Positions 20,185 to 30,085 of a DNA stretch of 64,000 nucleotides are shown one piece after another. How positions within the stretch are numbered: the first letter of the stretch is position 1; every line of letters starts with the position of its first letter. The DNA comes from Candidatus Hydrothermales bacterium. Its GTDB lineage: Bacteria; Hydrothermota; Hydrothermia; Hydrothermales; JAJRUZ01. Made by a program: the position numbers and the translations under genes. A model generated the notes under the pieces. It did no database searches, was not told the DNA's origin, and was given only the letters and a program-made list of their open reading frames with translations. The stretch lies in assembly GCA_039630575.1 (NCBI GenBank), contig JBCNUW010000001.1, positions 32,659 through 96,658 on the forward strand, read 5' to 3'.

Positions 20185-21914
20185 GAAAATTTTTTTTAAT
20201 TTTAGTTCTTTTTAATTTTTATCTTTTTGCAACGATCACAAGTTTTACTGTTACCCCATCCAATTTTACAGTTGGGGATTACGTAACTATTTCAATTACA
20301 GCTGATAGAGACGGAGCAATTTCGTTTTTTTTAGCTAACAGTACAAACCTGATTTATCCTAACACTGGTAATATAATAGGAGGCGTTTACCAAGGTTTAC
20401 ATAGAATTTTAAAAGCCGGGATAGACTCAATTTATGTAGCCGGAACCCCAGGAAATGCCTATAGCAATCCCTTTACTTCAAACCCAAAACCCCCAAGTAG
20501 AGTTATCATTTTATTTAACAATCAGCTTCATCTACCTGGTGATAGTATAAACAAGGGGCGAAGTTCAATTTCCTTACCAATTTTTCCTGTAGGAGAGCGT
20601 ATAAAATTTAATGTTAAACTAACTGACATTTTTTATAACGAAAGTCCTTATTCTGATACTTTAAATATAAACATCATCACTGATGACCCATACGCCACAA
20701 TTACTGATTCCGTTTATTTTTTACCAGGAGAAACCACTAAAGATGTAGAAGTTATTTTCAAAAGAGCAACAATTCCTTATCAGTTTTCTCCTAATGATAG
20801 AAGAGTTTTATATGGTCTTGTATCTGTGTCAAATTTTAAGGGAGATACTGCAAGGTATAACATAAATTCGCCTTTCTTTCATGTTAAATCCGGTGATTAC
20901 TCAAAACTTTTGATTCTTGAATACTGGGATTCTTCAGGTGTAATACAAGGAGAAATTTTTGATCCAGGAAATGAAAGTGTTGGAAAGATTTCAAAATTCA
21001 AACCCCATCCTTCTGGTTTAAATTTTTGGCTTGAGGCTCTAGCATGTGATCGTTACTTTAACAGGGTTACTGAAAATAACTTAAAGGTATTTTTAAATTT
21101 TGATACACCTCTTCCCCAAGGAAGTACTGTTTATCCTGAAACGGTAAACTTGAGAGATGGAAGAGACACATTTACACTTAACATAGTATCCTCTGGGCTT
21201 TATTCATGCTACCTTAATGATAAAGTTTTTAATATTAAAAGCAGCGGAGAATTAATTGACATAAGAGGCAACTTCTATAATATAACAGTAGATCCAGATA
21301 CAATTCTTTCCTGTACCCAACTTTTCAGATTCATTTTAAGGTACTATGATGTTTCAGGAAATCAAACAAATTCAAATCATAAAGTTTTTTTGAGTCCAGT
21401 AATAGCATCTAATAGAAATCAAAGATCTAAAGGTTATCTATCTGATACAGCCTTTAATTTAACTCAGGGAATTTTAGATGTATACTTAAGATACTGTACA
21501 AGTGCACCTTTTGAGGAAATATCAATAAAAGTTACTGATGAAATAGGGACATATCCTTTCTTTTCTGAGCCTATATTTGTAAATAGTTTTTCGGTAGGGG
21601 GTGATACCTTTTCGGTCTATCCAAATCCTTTTGGAAATGTAAAATATACTGGAGTAAAATACGATATGCTTAATATTGAATTTTATCTTCCTGAACCATC
21701 TGATGTAGAGATTTCTATTTATGATCTTTTTGGACACCCTGTAAAGAAACATAGAATTCCGTCACTTTCTCCTGGTAAGCATAAGTTAACATGGGATGGA
21801 AGAAACGACTTAGGTAAAAAGGTTTCAAGTGGTTCTTACATTTTAATTCTTAATGCTGTAAAGGGGGCAAGAACAGTTTATAAAAAAATAAAAAGTATTT
21901 CAGTAATATGGTGA
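20181..21914 (+). CDS. Secreted beta-rich protein with C-terminal T9SS-type sorting / FlgD-Ig domain
   Basis: Sec signal MRKFFLILVLFNFYLFA; Ig-like body; C-terminal VYPNPF...ISIYDLFG...TWDGRNDLGKKVSSGSYIL. Confidence 0.75.
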   Translation: MRKFFLILVLFNFYLFATITSFTVTPSNFTVGDYVTISITADRDGAISFFLANSTNLIYPNTGNIIGGVYQGLHRILKAGIDSIYVAGTPGNAYSNPFTSNPKPPSRVIILFNNQLHLPGDSINKGRSSISLPIFPVGERIKFNVKLTDIFYNESPYSDTLNINIITDDPYATITDSVYFLPGETTKDVEVIFKRATIPYQFSPNDRRVLYGLVSVSNFKGDTARYNINSPFFHVKSGDYSKLLILEYWDSSGVIQGEIFDPGNESVGKISKFKPHPSGLNFWLEALACDRYFNRVTENNLKVFLNFDTPLPQGSTVYPETVNLRDGRDTFTLNIVSSGLYSCYLNDKVFNIKSSGELIDIRGNFYNITVDPDTILSCTQLFRFILRYYDVSGNQTNSNHKVFLSPVIASNRNQRSKGYLSDTAFNLTQGILDVYLRYCTSAPFEEISIKVTDEIGTYPFFSEPIFVNSFSVGGDTFSVYPNPFGNVKYTGVKYDMLNIEFYLPEPSDVEISIYDLFGHPVKKHRIPSLSPGKHKLTWDGRNDLGKKVSSGSYILILNAVKGARTVYKKIKSISVIW

Positions 21915-23173
21915 TTTTAAATATATTAAAATTTTTATTTTTAGGAGCCTGGGGTATGCCAGGTTCCTTTATGTTATACTCACCCTCTGCAAGATCCTTT
22001 GCTTTGGGTTCAGCATACACAGCTTTTGTGGGTGACCCTGCCTCCATATACTTCAATCCAGCAGGAATTGCTGAATCAAATCCTCAAGAAATTCAATTTT
22101 CACAGAGTTCTCTACCTCTTGGAGGTAACTATGGATGGGTAGGATATGTAAGGCCGACACAGAAAATTGGTAATTTTGGAGCAGCTCTTTTATTTGTGAA
22201 TTCAGGTAAGACAAAAGTTACTGATCCTGAAAACAAGTTTGGCGGAAATTTTGTTCATTTTGAATCAGCCTTTTATCTAACTTACGCGAAGGAACTTTCA
22301 AATTATGTTGATGCTGGATTGTCTTATAAGTTGCTTTATAAAACAATATCAAGATTTTCCTCTTTAGGTCATGCATTTGATCTTGGTTTTATCTTTTTAC
22401 CTCAAAATGTTTTTAAGGTTGGCGTTGCCTTTTTAAATCTACTAAATGTTCCTTATAAATTAATAGAGGAATCAGAAAAAATTCCACTAACAATTAGGGC
22501 AGGAATTTTATCAAGTTTTTTTGAAGGAAAATTTAATTTGCTTTTTGATTTTTATAATGTAAATGAATGGAATGAGAACTATTATTCTTTTGGAGCAGAG
22601 TACTACCCTGTTGATATTCTCTCTCTAAGGGTTGGTATGACAAAGTACAGTTTTACAGCTGGATCAGGAATCTTTCTTAAACTTCCAGGTAAAAGAATAG
22701 GTATAGATTTGGGTGGTTCTTATCATTATGAGAGTAACAACTTGTTTCCCTTCACTGGATTTATTACTCTTTATTTTCAATTTGCTGGATTTCGTGTTGA
22801 AGTTGCTCCAAATGTTAGAGTTTTTTCTCCCAAATCTCCAGAAAATAACATATTAAGGATTGATCTTTTTACTCAAGCAAGAAAAGAGGTTGAAAGATGG
22901 CAATTTGTTATAAAGGACTATAAAGGTGAAATTAAAAGGATTTATAAAGATTTTGGTGAAGCACCTAAAGAAATTTTATGGGACGGAAGAGATGACCTTG
23001 GTATACTTGTTCAAGATGGTTCTTACTATTATGAATTTAGAGTTGTTCAAAGGGATGGTAGTGTACTTATAGATACAGGTTTTCTTTCAGCAGTTAGAAC
23101 TATAGGACCAAAGGGTGAAATTTTTTATAGGGAAAAAGTTGAAGAAGAAATAAAAGAGGAAGAAGTAAAATGA
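21908..23173 (+). CDS. PorV/PorQ-family outer-membrane beta-barrel fused to a C-terminal FlgD-Ig domain
   Basis: SARSFALGSAYTAFVGDPASIYFNPAG (PorV/FadL-type N-terminus), alternating barrel strands, C-terminal WDGRDDLG...DGSYYY. Confidence 0.8.
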   Translation: MVILNILKFLFLGAWGMPGSFMLYSPSARSFALGSAYTAFVGDPASIYFNPAGIAESNPQEIQFSQSSLPLGGNYGWVGYVRPTQKIGNFGAALLFVNSGKTKVTDPENKFGGNFVHFESAFYLTYAKELSNYVDAGLSYKLLYKTISRFSSLGHAFDLGFIFLPQNVFKVGVAFLNLLNVPYKLIEESEKIPLTIRAGILSSFFEGKFNLLFDFYNVNEWNENYYSFGAEYYPVDILSLRVGMTKYSFTAGSGIFLKLPGKRIGIDLGGSYHYESNNLFPFTGFITLYFQFAGFRVEVAPNVRVFSPKSPENNILRIDLFTQARKEVERWQFVIKDYKGEIKRIYKDFGEAPKEILWDGRDDLGILVQDGSYYYEFRVVQRDGSVLIDTGFLSAVRTIGPKGEIFYREKVEEEIKEEEVK

Positions 23174-25938
23174 TTTTTCTCGTACTTATTACTATTTTAT
23201 TTTCTCCACAGGAAATTAGATTAATTGAAGATGCAGAACTTGTTTTCCATGAGGGTCTTTATAATGAGGCAATAAATCTTTACGATAAAATCCTTAAGAC
23301 AAATTTAGGTAAAGAAATGAAAAACGAAATTCTCTTTAGAATAGGAGAATGTTATTTTAATTTGGGAGAATATGGAAAGGCACTAAAAGTTTTTGAAGAT
23401 TTAGAGTTTAGGACACGTAAAACTTACCTTTATCCGGAAGTTCTCTATGCATTAGGTATTGTTCATTTAGCACTTGATCATTATGATAAAGCGAAGTTTT
23501 ATCTAGTTGAAAGGATAAAGGAGTTTCCCTCTTATGTAAATGATGTGAGGATAAGTGAAGGGCAGGGGATTTATTATTTTACACAGACAATATATGAAAG
23601 TGGTTATGAAAAATTAAAAAATGCAATTTCAGGAGTGGGTATTTTTTATAAAGCTTTAACGCTTGCAAGATTAAAAAGACCTGTTGAAGCTTTGAAAGAG
23701 TTCAAAAAAGTTCAGTTGCTTTACCCTCTTACACCACTTTCAGAATACGCATCTTATGAATCAGCTGAAGCTATGTTTATCAACAATGACTTTACCGGGG
23801 CTTTAAATTTATATCAAAAATTTATTGAACAATTTGGTATTTCTCCTCTTGTTGACTATGCAAAATACAAAATAGGAGTTTGTTATCTTCACCTTGGTTT
23901 ACCATCTCAAGCGTTAACCTATTTTAATGCTCTACTTGGACATCCCGATGAAATTCTAGTTTCCCACTCCTATCTGATGGGTGGGATAGCTTTAAGGGAG
24001 ATGAAGGACTATGAAAAATCAATTAAATATCTTTTAAAATCTGCTTTTGACTTTCCTCAGGTAGGCTCTGCTCCTTTAGCTCATATGGAACTTGGAAAAA
24101 CATACCTTTTAACTGGGAATCATGAACAGGCGCTTATAGCCTTTAAACAACTTGCAAACACTTATGTAACAGGAGAATTTGCAGGTTTAGGAGACTACCT
24201 TGCTGCAAGTATTCTCTATCAAAATAAAAGAATTTTGGAAGCTCAGTTTCAACTCGAAAACCTTATAAAATATTATCCTAAATCTCATATAATTCCTGCT
24301 GCATACGTTCTACTTTTAAAATGTATGATTGATACAAGACAAACAAAAGAAGCGATTTTAAGAGGTGAAGAATTTTTTAAGAGTGAAGTTTATAAACTTG
24401 ATGGATTAAATGAAAATTATAGGGAGAAGTGGTTCAATAGAATAAAATTAATGTTAGCAGAGGCTTATTATCAGGAGAGAGATTTACAGAATGCAATAAA
24501 ATACTATGAAGAATTGGTTGAGAGTGGAGATCCTGATATCATGCCTGAGGTATTCAATGGCCTTGGTTGGTGCTATCTTGAGAGCGAAAGATACGAAGGT
24601 GCAATTCAAAAATTTGATGTAGTAATCAGTTCATATCAAAGGGATACTCTTGCCCTTGTATCTTCTATTTTTGGTAAAGCAGTCACAATATATAATTCTT
24701 GTGCATTTTTACAAGATCAGTCCCAGAAAGAAGAAAGGTTCAAAAATGCTGCCTTTACTTTTAAGGAAGTTGTAAGACTTTATCCTTATTCTGAGCTTGC
24801 TCCTGCCTCTTTATTTTATGCAGGAGACGCTTTTGCAAAAGCAAACCTTTATGGTAACGCTGTCCAGGAATGGGATGCAGTTTTATCGGAATATCCTAAC
24901 ACAGAGTATGCGGGTTATGCAGCCTATTGGTTAGGCGACACCTATTTTAGGGCTGGAGAATTAGAAAAGGCTGTTTCTTATTTTAAAATCTTACTTGAAC
25001 AGTATCCGGAGAACAAATTTGTAAAAGAGGGATATTTGAGATTAGCATCAACTTACTATACCATGAAGGATTATGACAATGCCAGGGATATTATAAAGAA
25101 ATTTCTTTCTTTATTTCCTGAGGATTCACTTGTAAGGGATGCCAAATCTCTTTTAGAACAGGTTTATTATTTTAAACTTGAGGAAGAGCCGGAAAGGTTA
25201 GAGGAATATGCAAAAGAGTTTCCAGAAAGTGAACTACTTGCGCAACAACTCTATAGGGAAGCGGTAAAGCTCTATAATGAAAAGAAGTTTGAAGAAGCAA
25301 TTGAAAAAGCAAAGAGAGTTATACTTCTTTTCCCTTCTTCCACGAATGCAGCAGAAGCACAAAAGGTTGTTGTAGCTTCCTATGGTGCTTTAAACAATTT
25401 CAAAGCAATGGCTGAGGAAGCAGAAAAATTTGTTCAGTATTTCCCCCAACATGAGGAAGTACCTGTGATGCTAAAAGCGGAGGCTCAAGGTTTGATACAA
25501 ATAGAAGACTATATTAAAGCAAGTGAAGTTCTAGATAAACTGATATCAAATTATCCCTCAAGTCCATTGGCAAAGGAGGGAATAATTCTTAAGGCAGAGG
25601 TTTTATTAAATTTAGGTAAGTTGAGAGAGAGTATAAAGATCCTTGAGGAGACTTCACCAACAGAGGAATATGCTACAAGATACTATTATCTTTTAGGAGA
25701 GGCTTATAATAAGTTAGGTCAACCAGATAGGGCAATAAACTATTATTTATCTCTTTTAAAATTCGGAGATATGGATGATCCTTACAGGATAAAAGGACTT
25801 TATACACTTGCAAATCTTTATCAGTTAAAAGGTGATAATAGAAATGCGGCAGCTATTTATGAAGCTGTTGCTCAGATAACAACTGATCAAAATATAAAAA
25901 ATGATGCCCTTTCAAGGGCAAGTATTTTAAAAAAGTAA
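23170..25938 (+). CDS. Large tetratricopeptide-repeat protein (922 aa), probably periplasmic
   Basis: Many TPR units of the BamD/CpoB type (e.g. AAYWLGDTYFRAGELEKAVSYFKILLEQYP); short hydrophobic N-terminus. Confidence 0.85.
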   Translation: MIFLVLITILFSPQEIRLIEDAELVFHEGLYNEAINLYDKILKTNLGKEMKNEILFRIGECYFNLGEYGKALKVFEDLEFRTRKTYLYPEVLYALGIVHLALDHYDKAKFYLVERIKEFPSYVNDVRISEGQGIYYFTQTIYESGYEKLKNAISGVGIFYKALTLARLKRPVEALKEFKKVQLLYPLTPLSEYASYESAEAMFINNDFTGALNLYQKFIEQFGISPLVDYAKYKIGVCYLHLGLPSQALTYFNALLGHPDEILVSHSYLMGGIALREMKDYEKSIKYLLKSAFDFPQVGSAPLAHMELGKTYLLTGNHEQALIAFKQLANTYVTGEFAGLGDYLAASILYQNKRILEAQFQLENLIKYYPKSHIIPAAYVLLLKCMIDTRQTKEAILRGEEFFKSEVYKLDGLNENYREKWFNRIKLMLAEAYYQERDLQNAIKYYEELVESGDPDIMPEVFNGLGWCYLESERYEGAIQKFDVVISSYQRDTLALVSSIFGKAVTIYNSCAFLQDQSQKEERFKNAAFTFKEVVRLYPYSELAPASLFYAGDAFAKANLYGNAVQEWDAVLSEYPNTEYAGYAAYWLGDTYFRAGELEKAVSYFKILLEQYPENKFVKEGYLRLASTYYTMKDYDNARDIIKKFLSLFPEDSLVRDAKSLLEQVYYFKLEEEPERLEEYAKEFPESELLAQQLYREAVKLYNEKKFEEAIEKAKRVILLFPSSTNAAEAQKVVVASYGALNNFKAMAEEAEKFVQYFPQHEEVPVMLKAEAQGLIQIEDYIKASEVLDKLISNYPSSPLAKEGIILKAEVLLNLGKLRESIKILEETSPTEEYATRYYYLLGEAYNKLGQPDRAINYYLSLLKFGDMDDPYRIKGLYTLANLYQLKGDNRNAAAIYEAVAQITTDQNIKNDALSRASILKK

Positions 25939-25976
25939 AATGAGTTCTAATCTCTTAAAAAATTTTAAAATTTAAA

Positions 25977-26621
25977 ATGATTTTAGGACAACCAATTTTA
26001 AAATTGGCATTAAACCCCTTTATGCTTGTGCTTGAGATCTCCTCGATTTTCGCTTTATGGGCTATTATTGATAGATTTATTGCCTATATGAAATTATCAG
26101 AAAAGGAAGAGCAAAAGATGATTGATAGAACAAAACTTTTAATAGAAAAAGGGAGGTTTGAAGAATTAAAGGCTTTTTCTTCTGCATTAAACAGACCATT
26201 TGCTAAGATTATTAATTTATTGGCGGAGAATATTCACTATCCAAAGGAAGTTTTAGAATCTGTTTTGGAAAGTGCATTAATGCTGACAAGACTTGAACTT
26301 GGTAAAAAATTAAACATTCTTGGAACAATAAGTTATATTGCCCCATTACTTGGACTTTTAGGTACAGTGGTAGGAATTATCCAAGCTTTTTACGCGGTTG
26401 CACAGAAAGGTGCAGCAGTAGGTCCTGAAGCAATGATGGAGGGAGTTGCCATTGCTCTTTTGACAACAGCTCTTGGAATAATGATTGCAGTTCCCTGTGC
26501 AATAATGTATAATTATTTTAGAAATAAAATAGACCACCTTATGGCAAGAATAGAAGTGTCAGCAGAAGAGATTATGAATTTTATGATCTATGTTAAAGAA
26601 CAAAAAGAAAAAGTTCTATGA
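25977..26621 (+). CDS. exbB: MotA/TolQ/ExbB proton channel family protein
   Basis: APLLGLLGTVVGII and ALLTTALGIMIAVP motifs. Confidence 0.92.
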   Translation: MILGQPILKLALNPFMLVLEISSIFALWAIIDRFIAYMKLSEKEEQKMIDRTKLLIEKGRFEELKAFSSALNRPFAKIINLLAENIHYPKEVLESVLESALMLTRLELGKKLNILGTISYIAPLLGLLGTVVGIIQAFYAVAQKGAAVGPEAMMEGVAIALLTTALGIMIAVPCAIMYNYFRNKIDHLMARIEVSAEEIMNFMIYVKEQKEKVL

Positions 26622-27040
26622 TAAGGAAAAAGAAAAGAATAAAAGATACAGATTTTGAGCTTGATTTGACTCCTGCTATAAGTGTTGCCTTGATCCTCGT
26701 TTTAATATTTATAACTGGAGCAACACAGATTTTTCAAACTTGGTTAACTGTGACTTCTCCCAGAGTAAGAAAAGCACCTCAAGTAATTGAAAAAGAACAG
26801 AAAACAGAATTTAAGGTTAATATCCATCTTTTATCAAGTGGCCAAATTTTATTAAATGAAGAGGTTATCACTCAAAAAAAACTTGATTCACTACTTCCTG
26901 AGTTGATGATAAGGAGTGCTACAGGACTTGTTTTAGTAAGTGCAGATTCTGAAGTAGAACATGGAAAAGTTGTTGAAATAATAGATCTTGCAAAACAAAA
27001 AGGTGCAAGAGAAGTAGCTTTATTAAAGAGGGTAAAGTAA
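26618..27040 (+). CDS. exbD: ExbD/TolR family protein lacking the conserved TM Asp
   Basis: LDLTPAISV TM start and ADSEVEHGKVVEIIDLAKQKGA periplasmic motif. Confidence 0.85.
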   Translation: MIRKKKRIKDTDFELDLTPAISVALILVLIFITGATQIFQTWLTVTSPRVRKAPQVIEKEQKTEFKVNIHLLSSGQILLNEEVITQKKLDSLLPELMIRSATGLVLVSADSEVEHGKVVEIIDLAKQKGAREVALLKRVK

Positions 27041-27474
27041 TGGAGAATAACAAAGGTGAGTTTGCAAAAATTAACGTAACACCCTTGACAGATGTCGCTT
27101 TTACGTTACTGATTACACTTATGCTTGTTACATCTTATATGGCAGTAAAACAACCGCCTTTCAGAGTAATTTTACCAGATGTAGAAACAGTTGAACCAAG
27201 AGGAGCAGATGTTGTTACTCTTGACTTAGATGAAAAAGGTGAAAATCTTGCAATAAACGGGTATATTATAAAATGGGACAATTATATAAAGGTTTTGAAG
27301 GAGGAAGCGATGAGAGATCCATATAGGTTGCTTCTTATAAGAGCAGACAAAGGAACACCTCATGGTGTTGTTATGAAGGTTCTTTCTGATATAAAGAAAA
27401 TGAATTCGGAATTAATTTTAGAGGATAAAGAAAGCTTTTCAAAAATTGCTTTTGGAACAAGAAAGAAAAGATGA
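27040..27474 (+). CDS. exbD: ExbD/TolR family protein
   Basis: INVTPLTDV (Asp retained) and IRADKGTPHGVVMKVL motifs. Confidence 0.9.
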   Translation: MENNKGEFAKINVTPLTDVAFTLLITLMLVTSYMAVKQPPFRVILPDVETVEPRGADVVTLDLDEKGENLAINGYIIKWDNYIKVLKEEAMRDPYRLLLIRADKGTPHGVVMKVLSDIKKMNSELILEDKESFSKIAFGTRKKR

Positions 27475-28526
27475 AAGTTTCAACTTCTAAAGCATATGGG
27501 TATATATATAAAACTCCTAAGTATTCAAATTATACAGGGTTTACAGTATCGTTAATAGTTCATGCACTGATTTTATTACTTTTACTTTTAAGACAAAGTG
27601 TTTACAGTGAAGGGACTTCACTATCGGTAACATTATTAGAAGAGGAAATTAAAAAGAGAAAAATAGAGGAAAAGAGAGAAACTGTAAAAAAAGAGGAAGA
27701 AAAAAAACCGGGTCCAGAAGTTAGACATAAACCTAATCTTTTTGCAGCTATACAGAGAACAATAGAACCACCACCACCGATAACAAACATAAATATAAAA
27801 CAAAAAATAGACGTACCAAAAATTGAAATATCAAAGAATTTACCAATTGAACCAGCACCTATTGTTCCTTTAAAGGACATTGAAATTAAGTCTGTTACAG
27901 AAGATATAGGTCCTCAAGCGAAGATAGATATAAAATCTTTAAAAATAGAAGAATCGGGTATCGGATCAGATATAGTTGTTGGACAGGGGGCTCCCACATC
28001 AGAAATTCTCAAAAGACCAGCTTACAAACCGACTGTTGATATATCCAAGCAAGTTGCAGAAAGTGGTTTGGGTCAAGGTGGAATTGCTCAATGGGGTCCA
28101 GGAGGCGGTAGTGGTACTGTTGGGTCTAAAAAAGTTGAATTAAAAGTTAAGATGGAAGAGCCTCCACCTTCTTCTCCTTTACCTTCACCTTCTACTTCTT
28201 TTAAGCCTGAGATTAGAAAAAAAGAGAAAAAAATAGAAGTTGAAATCTCGGGTTCTATAGCAGGAAGAAAGATAATTGCAAAATTTCTGCCTTCTTATCC
28301 CTCCTGGGCAGCAGAGAGGGGAGTTGAAGCTGCTATTACAGTAAAAGTAGAAGTTGAACCGGACGGCACTGTTAGAAAAAATGTATTAGTTATAGGAACA
28401 AGCGGATATCCTAATTGGGACAATATTGTAAAAAATTCTGTCCTGTCTTGGAAATTTGAATCTTTACCAAGTGATATTAAAACAATTCAATCAGGTTATA
28501 TAACTTTTAGATTTATTCTTGAATGA
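27471..28526 (+). CDS. tonB: Energy transducer TonB family protein
   Basis: TM with SLIVHA (SxxxH), Pro/Lys/Glu-rich linker, TonB_C domain (PSYPSWA...VEVEPDGTV...SGYPNWD...WKF). Confidence 0.88.
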   Translation: MKVSTSKAYGYIYKTPKYSNYTGFTVSLIVHALILLLLLLRQSVYSEGTSLSVTLLEEEIKKRKIEEKRETVKKEEEKKPGPEVRHKPNLFAAIQRTIEPPPPITNINIKQKIDVPKIEISKNLPIEPAPIVPLKDIEIKSVTEDIGPQAKIDIKSLKIEESGIGSDIVVGQGAPTSEILKRPAYKPTVDISKQVAESGLGQGGIAQWGPGGGSGTVGSKKVELKVKMEEPPPSSPLPSPSTSFKPEIRKKEKKIEVEISGSIAGRKIIAKFLPSYPSWAAERGVEAAITVKVEVEPDGTVRKNVLVIGTSGYPNWDNIVKNSVLSWKFESLPSDIKTIQSGYITFRFILE

Positions 28527-28533
28527 TAATTAG

Positions 28534-29397
28534 ATGAAAAGGTTAATAAATTTTTGTCTTTTTTCATTTCTTTTCTTTTTATATTTGCATGCTCAGGAAT
28601 CTCAATCACCTCAGCAAGAAGTTGAAATCAAAGCTAAATATAAGGGAAAGATAGAAGAAAGAAAACCGATATGGAAGTTAACCTTTAATCTCTTTGATGC
28701 TGCCTACGATCAATTTAAAAATAAGGGTTATATTTTCGATCAAAGATTTGGAAAGGGCAGAATAAAACCACCTTTGCCGTCACTAGCCTCTGAGGAGCTT
28801 AGGAAACCTTGGCTTAATAGTATTGTAAGAGGTGAAGTCGGTATATTCTACCCATTTTATGGTCGAGATTTAAAAAAGTGGAAATTAACAATACTGGATG
28901 GAAAAGGTAAAGTTTTTAGAGTTTTTTCAGGAGAAGACGAGCCTCCGACGAAAATAGTCTGGGATGGAAGGAATGAAAAGGGAGAAGTTCTTGATGTGAG
29001 TTTACTATATTTTTATACTGCAGAAGCAGAGGATGAAGCAGGAAACATTTCAAAAACACCAGAAAGACCCATAAAGCTCTCCGGAATACTCTGGCAAGAT
29101 GGTGTAAACTTTATAATATCTGTTGACGGAAATGAAATTTTTGAAGAAAATTCAGATAGAATAAAAAGGGTTGAGCTATTAGAGGAATCTTTAAGTATAA
29201 TAAAAGAAAAAGCTCAAGTTAAAGTAGAAGTAGTTGTTTATGGTCAAAACCCTGAACTAACAAAAAAAAGATATGAAAATGTCTTAAAATACTTAAGAGA
29301 AAATTTAAGAATACCAAAGGGAAAAGTAATTTATATGGAAGGGTATTTTAAAAGAACTGGTTACGAAACTTCAAGGATAGATTTTAAAATCTTATAA
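28534..29397 (+). CDS. Exported protein with FlgD-Ig domain and degenerate OmpA-like C-terminal domain
   Basis: Signal peptide ending LHA/Q; WKLTILDGKG...WDGRNEKG; C-terminal IFEENSDRI...LTKKRYENVLKYL...SRIDF resembling OmpA_C. Confidence 0.6.
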   Translation: MKRLINFCLFSFLFFLYLHAQESQSPQQEVEIKAKYKGKIEERKPIWKLTFNLFDAAYDQFKNKGYIFDQRFGKGRIKPPLPSLASEELRKPWLNSIVRGEVGIFYPFYGRDLKKWKLTILDGKGKVFRVFSGEDEPPTKIVWDGRNEKGEVLDVSLLYFYTAEAEDEAGNISKTPERPIKLSGILWQDGVNFIISVDGNEIFEENSDRIKRVELLEESLSIIKEKAQVKVEVVVYGQNPELTKKRYENVLKYLRENLRIPKGKVIYMEGYFKRTGYETSRIDFKIL

Positions 29398-29436
29398 GTA
29401 TCTCAAACTTCCTTAAAGTTTAAGATCATTTTCTTC

Positions 29437-30024
29437 TTAGACATTTTTTAAAATAACAAAACCTCCTATTAGGAGAATCATAAAAACTATTGTTAAAAGG
29501 TTAAAATACTTATCAATAAATTTTTTAATTTTTTCTCCAAAGATTTTGATAAGTAGTGCTATAATAAAGAATCTAGAACTTCTTGAAATTAAAGAGGCTA
29601 AAAGAAAAATAATCACATTTATTTTGAATACACCTGCAGAGATTGTGAAAACTTTATATGGAATAGGAGTAAAACCTGCTGTAAAAATTGCAAAAAATGA
29701 ATTTTTATGATAAAGATCTGAAACTCTTTCAAAAGCGCTAACAGAAAAAACATAAGCAAAGAAAAAGTCCTTTGTAAGTTCCCAAAAATAGAATCCTATT
29801 ATGTAGCCGATTAATCCGCCAAGTACCGAGCAAACAGAGCATAGCAAGGCAAAATATAAGGATCTTTCTCTATTACCAAGACTTAAAGCCATAAGTAACG
29901 GATCAGGTGGTACTGGAAAAAAAATAGATTCAATAGATGAAAAAAAACATAGTGCAAGAGCTCCTTCCTTTTTATAAGCCCAACTTAAAACCCAATCATA
30001 CAATCTTTTTGATAATTTGAACAT
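29437..30024 (-). CDS. YqaA/DedA (VTT domain) membrane protein
   Basis: ESIFFPVPPD, SVLGGLIGY and FTPIPYKVFTISAG motifs. Confidence 0.9.
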   Translation of the reverse strand: MFKLSKRLYDWVLSWAYKKEGALALCFFSSIESIFFPVPPDPLLMALSLGNRERSLYFALLCSVCSVLGGLIGYIIGFYFWELTKDFFFAYVFSVSAFERVSDLYHKNSFFAIFTAGFTPIPYKVFTISAGVFKINVIIFLLASLISRSSRFFIIALLIKIFGEKIKKFIDKYFNLLTIVFMILLIGGFVILKNV

Positions 30025-30033
30025 GAAAAAAGT

Positions 30034-30077
30034 ATTATAAGTTATATAATGAATTTTTTTAAAATAAAAAGTATAAT
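30034..30077. promoter_or_regulatory. Divergent -10 boxes for the yqaA-like gene (-) and uvrA (+)
   Basis: ATTATA 30034-30039 (TATAAT on -) lies 9 nt from ATG 30024; TATAAT 30072-30077 lies 8 nt from ATG 30086. Confidence 0.5.
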
Positions 30078-30085
30078 ATTTTTCT

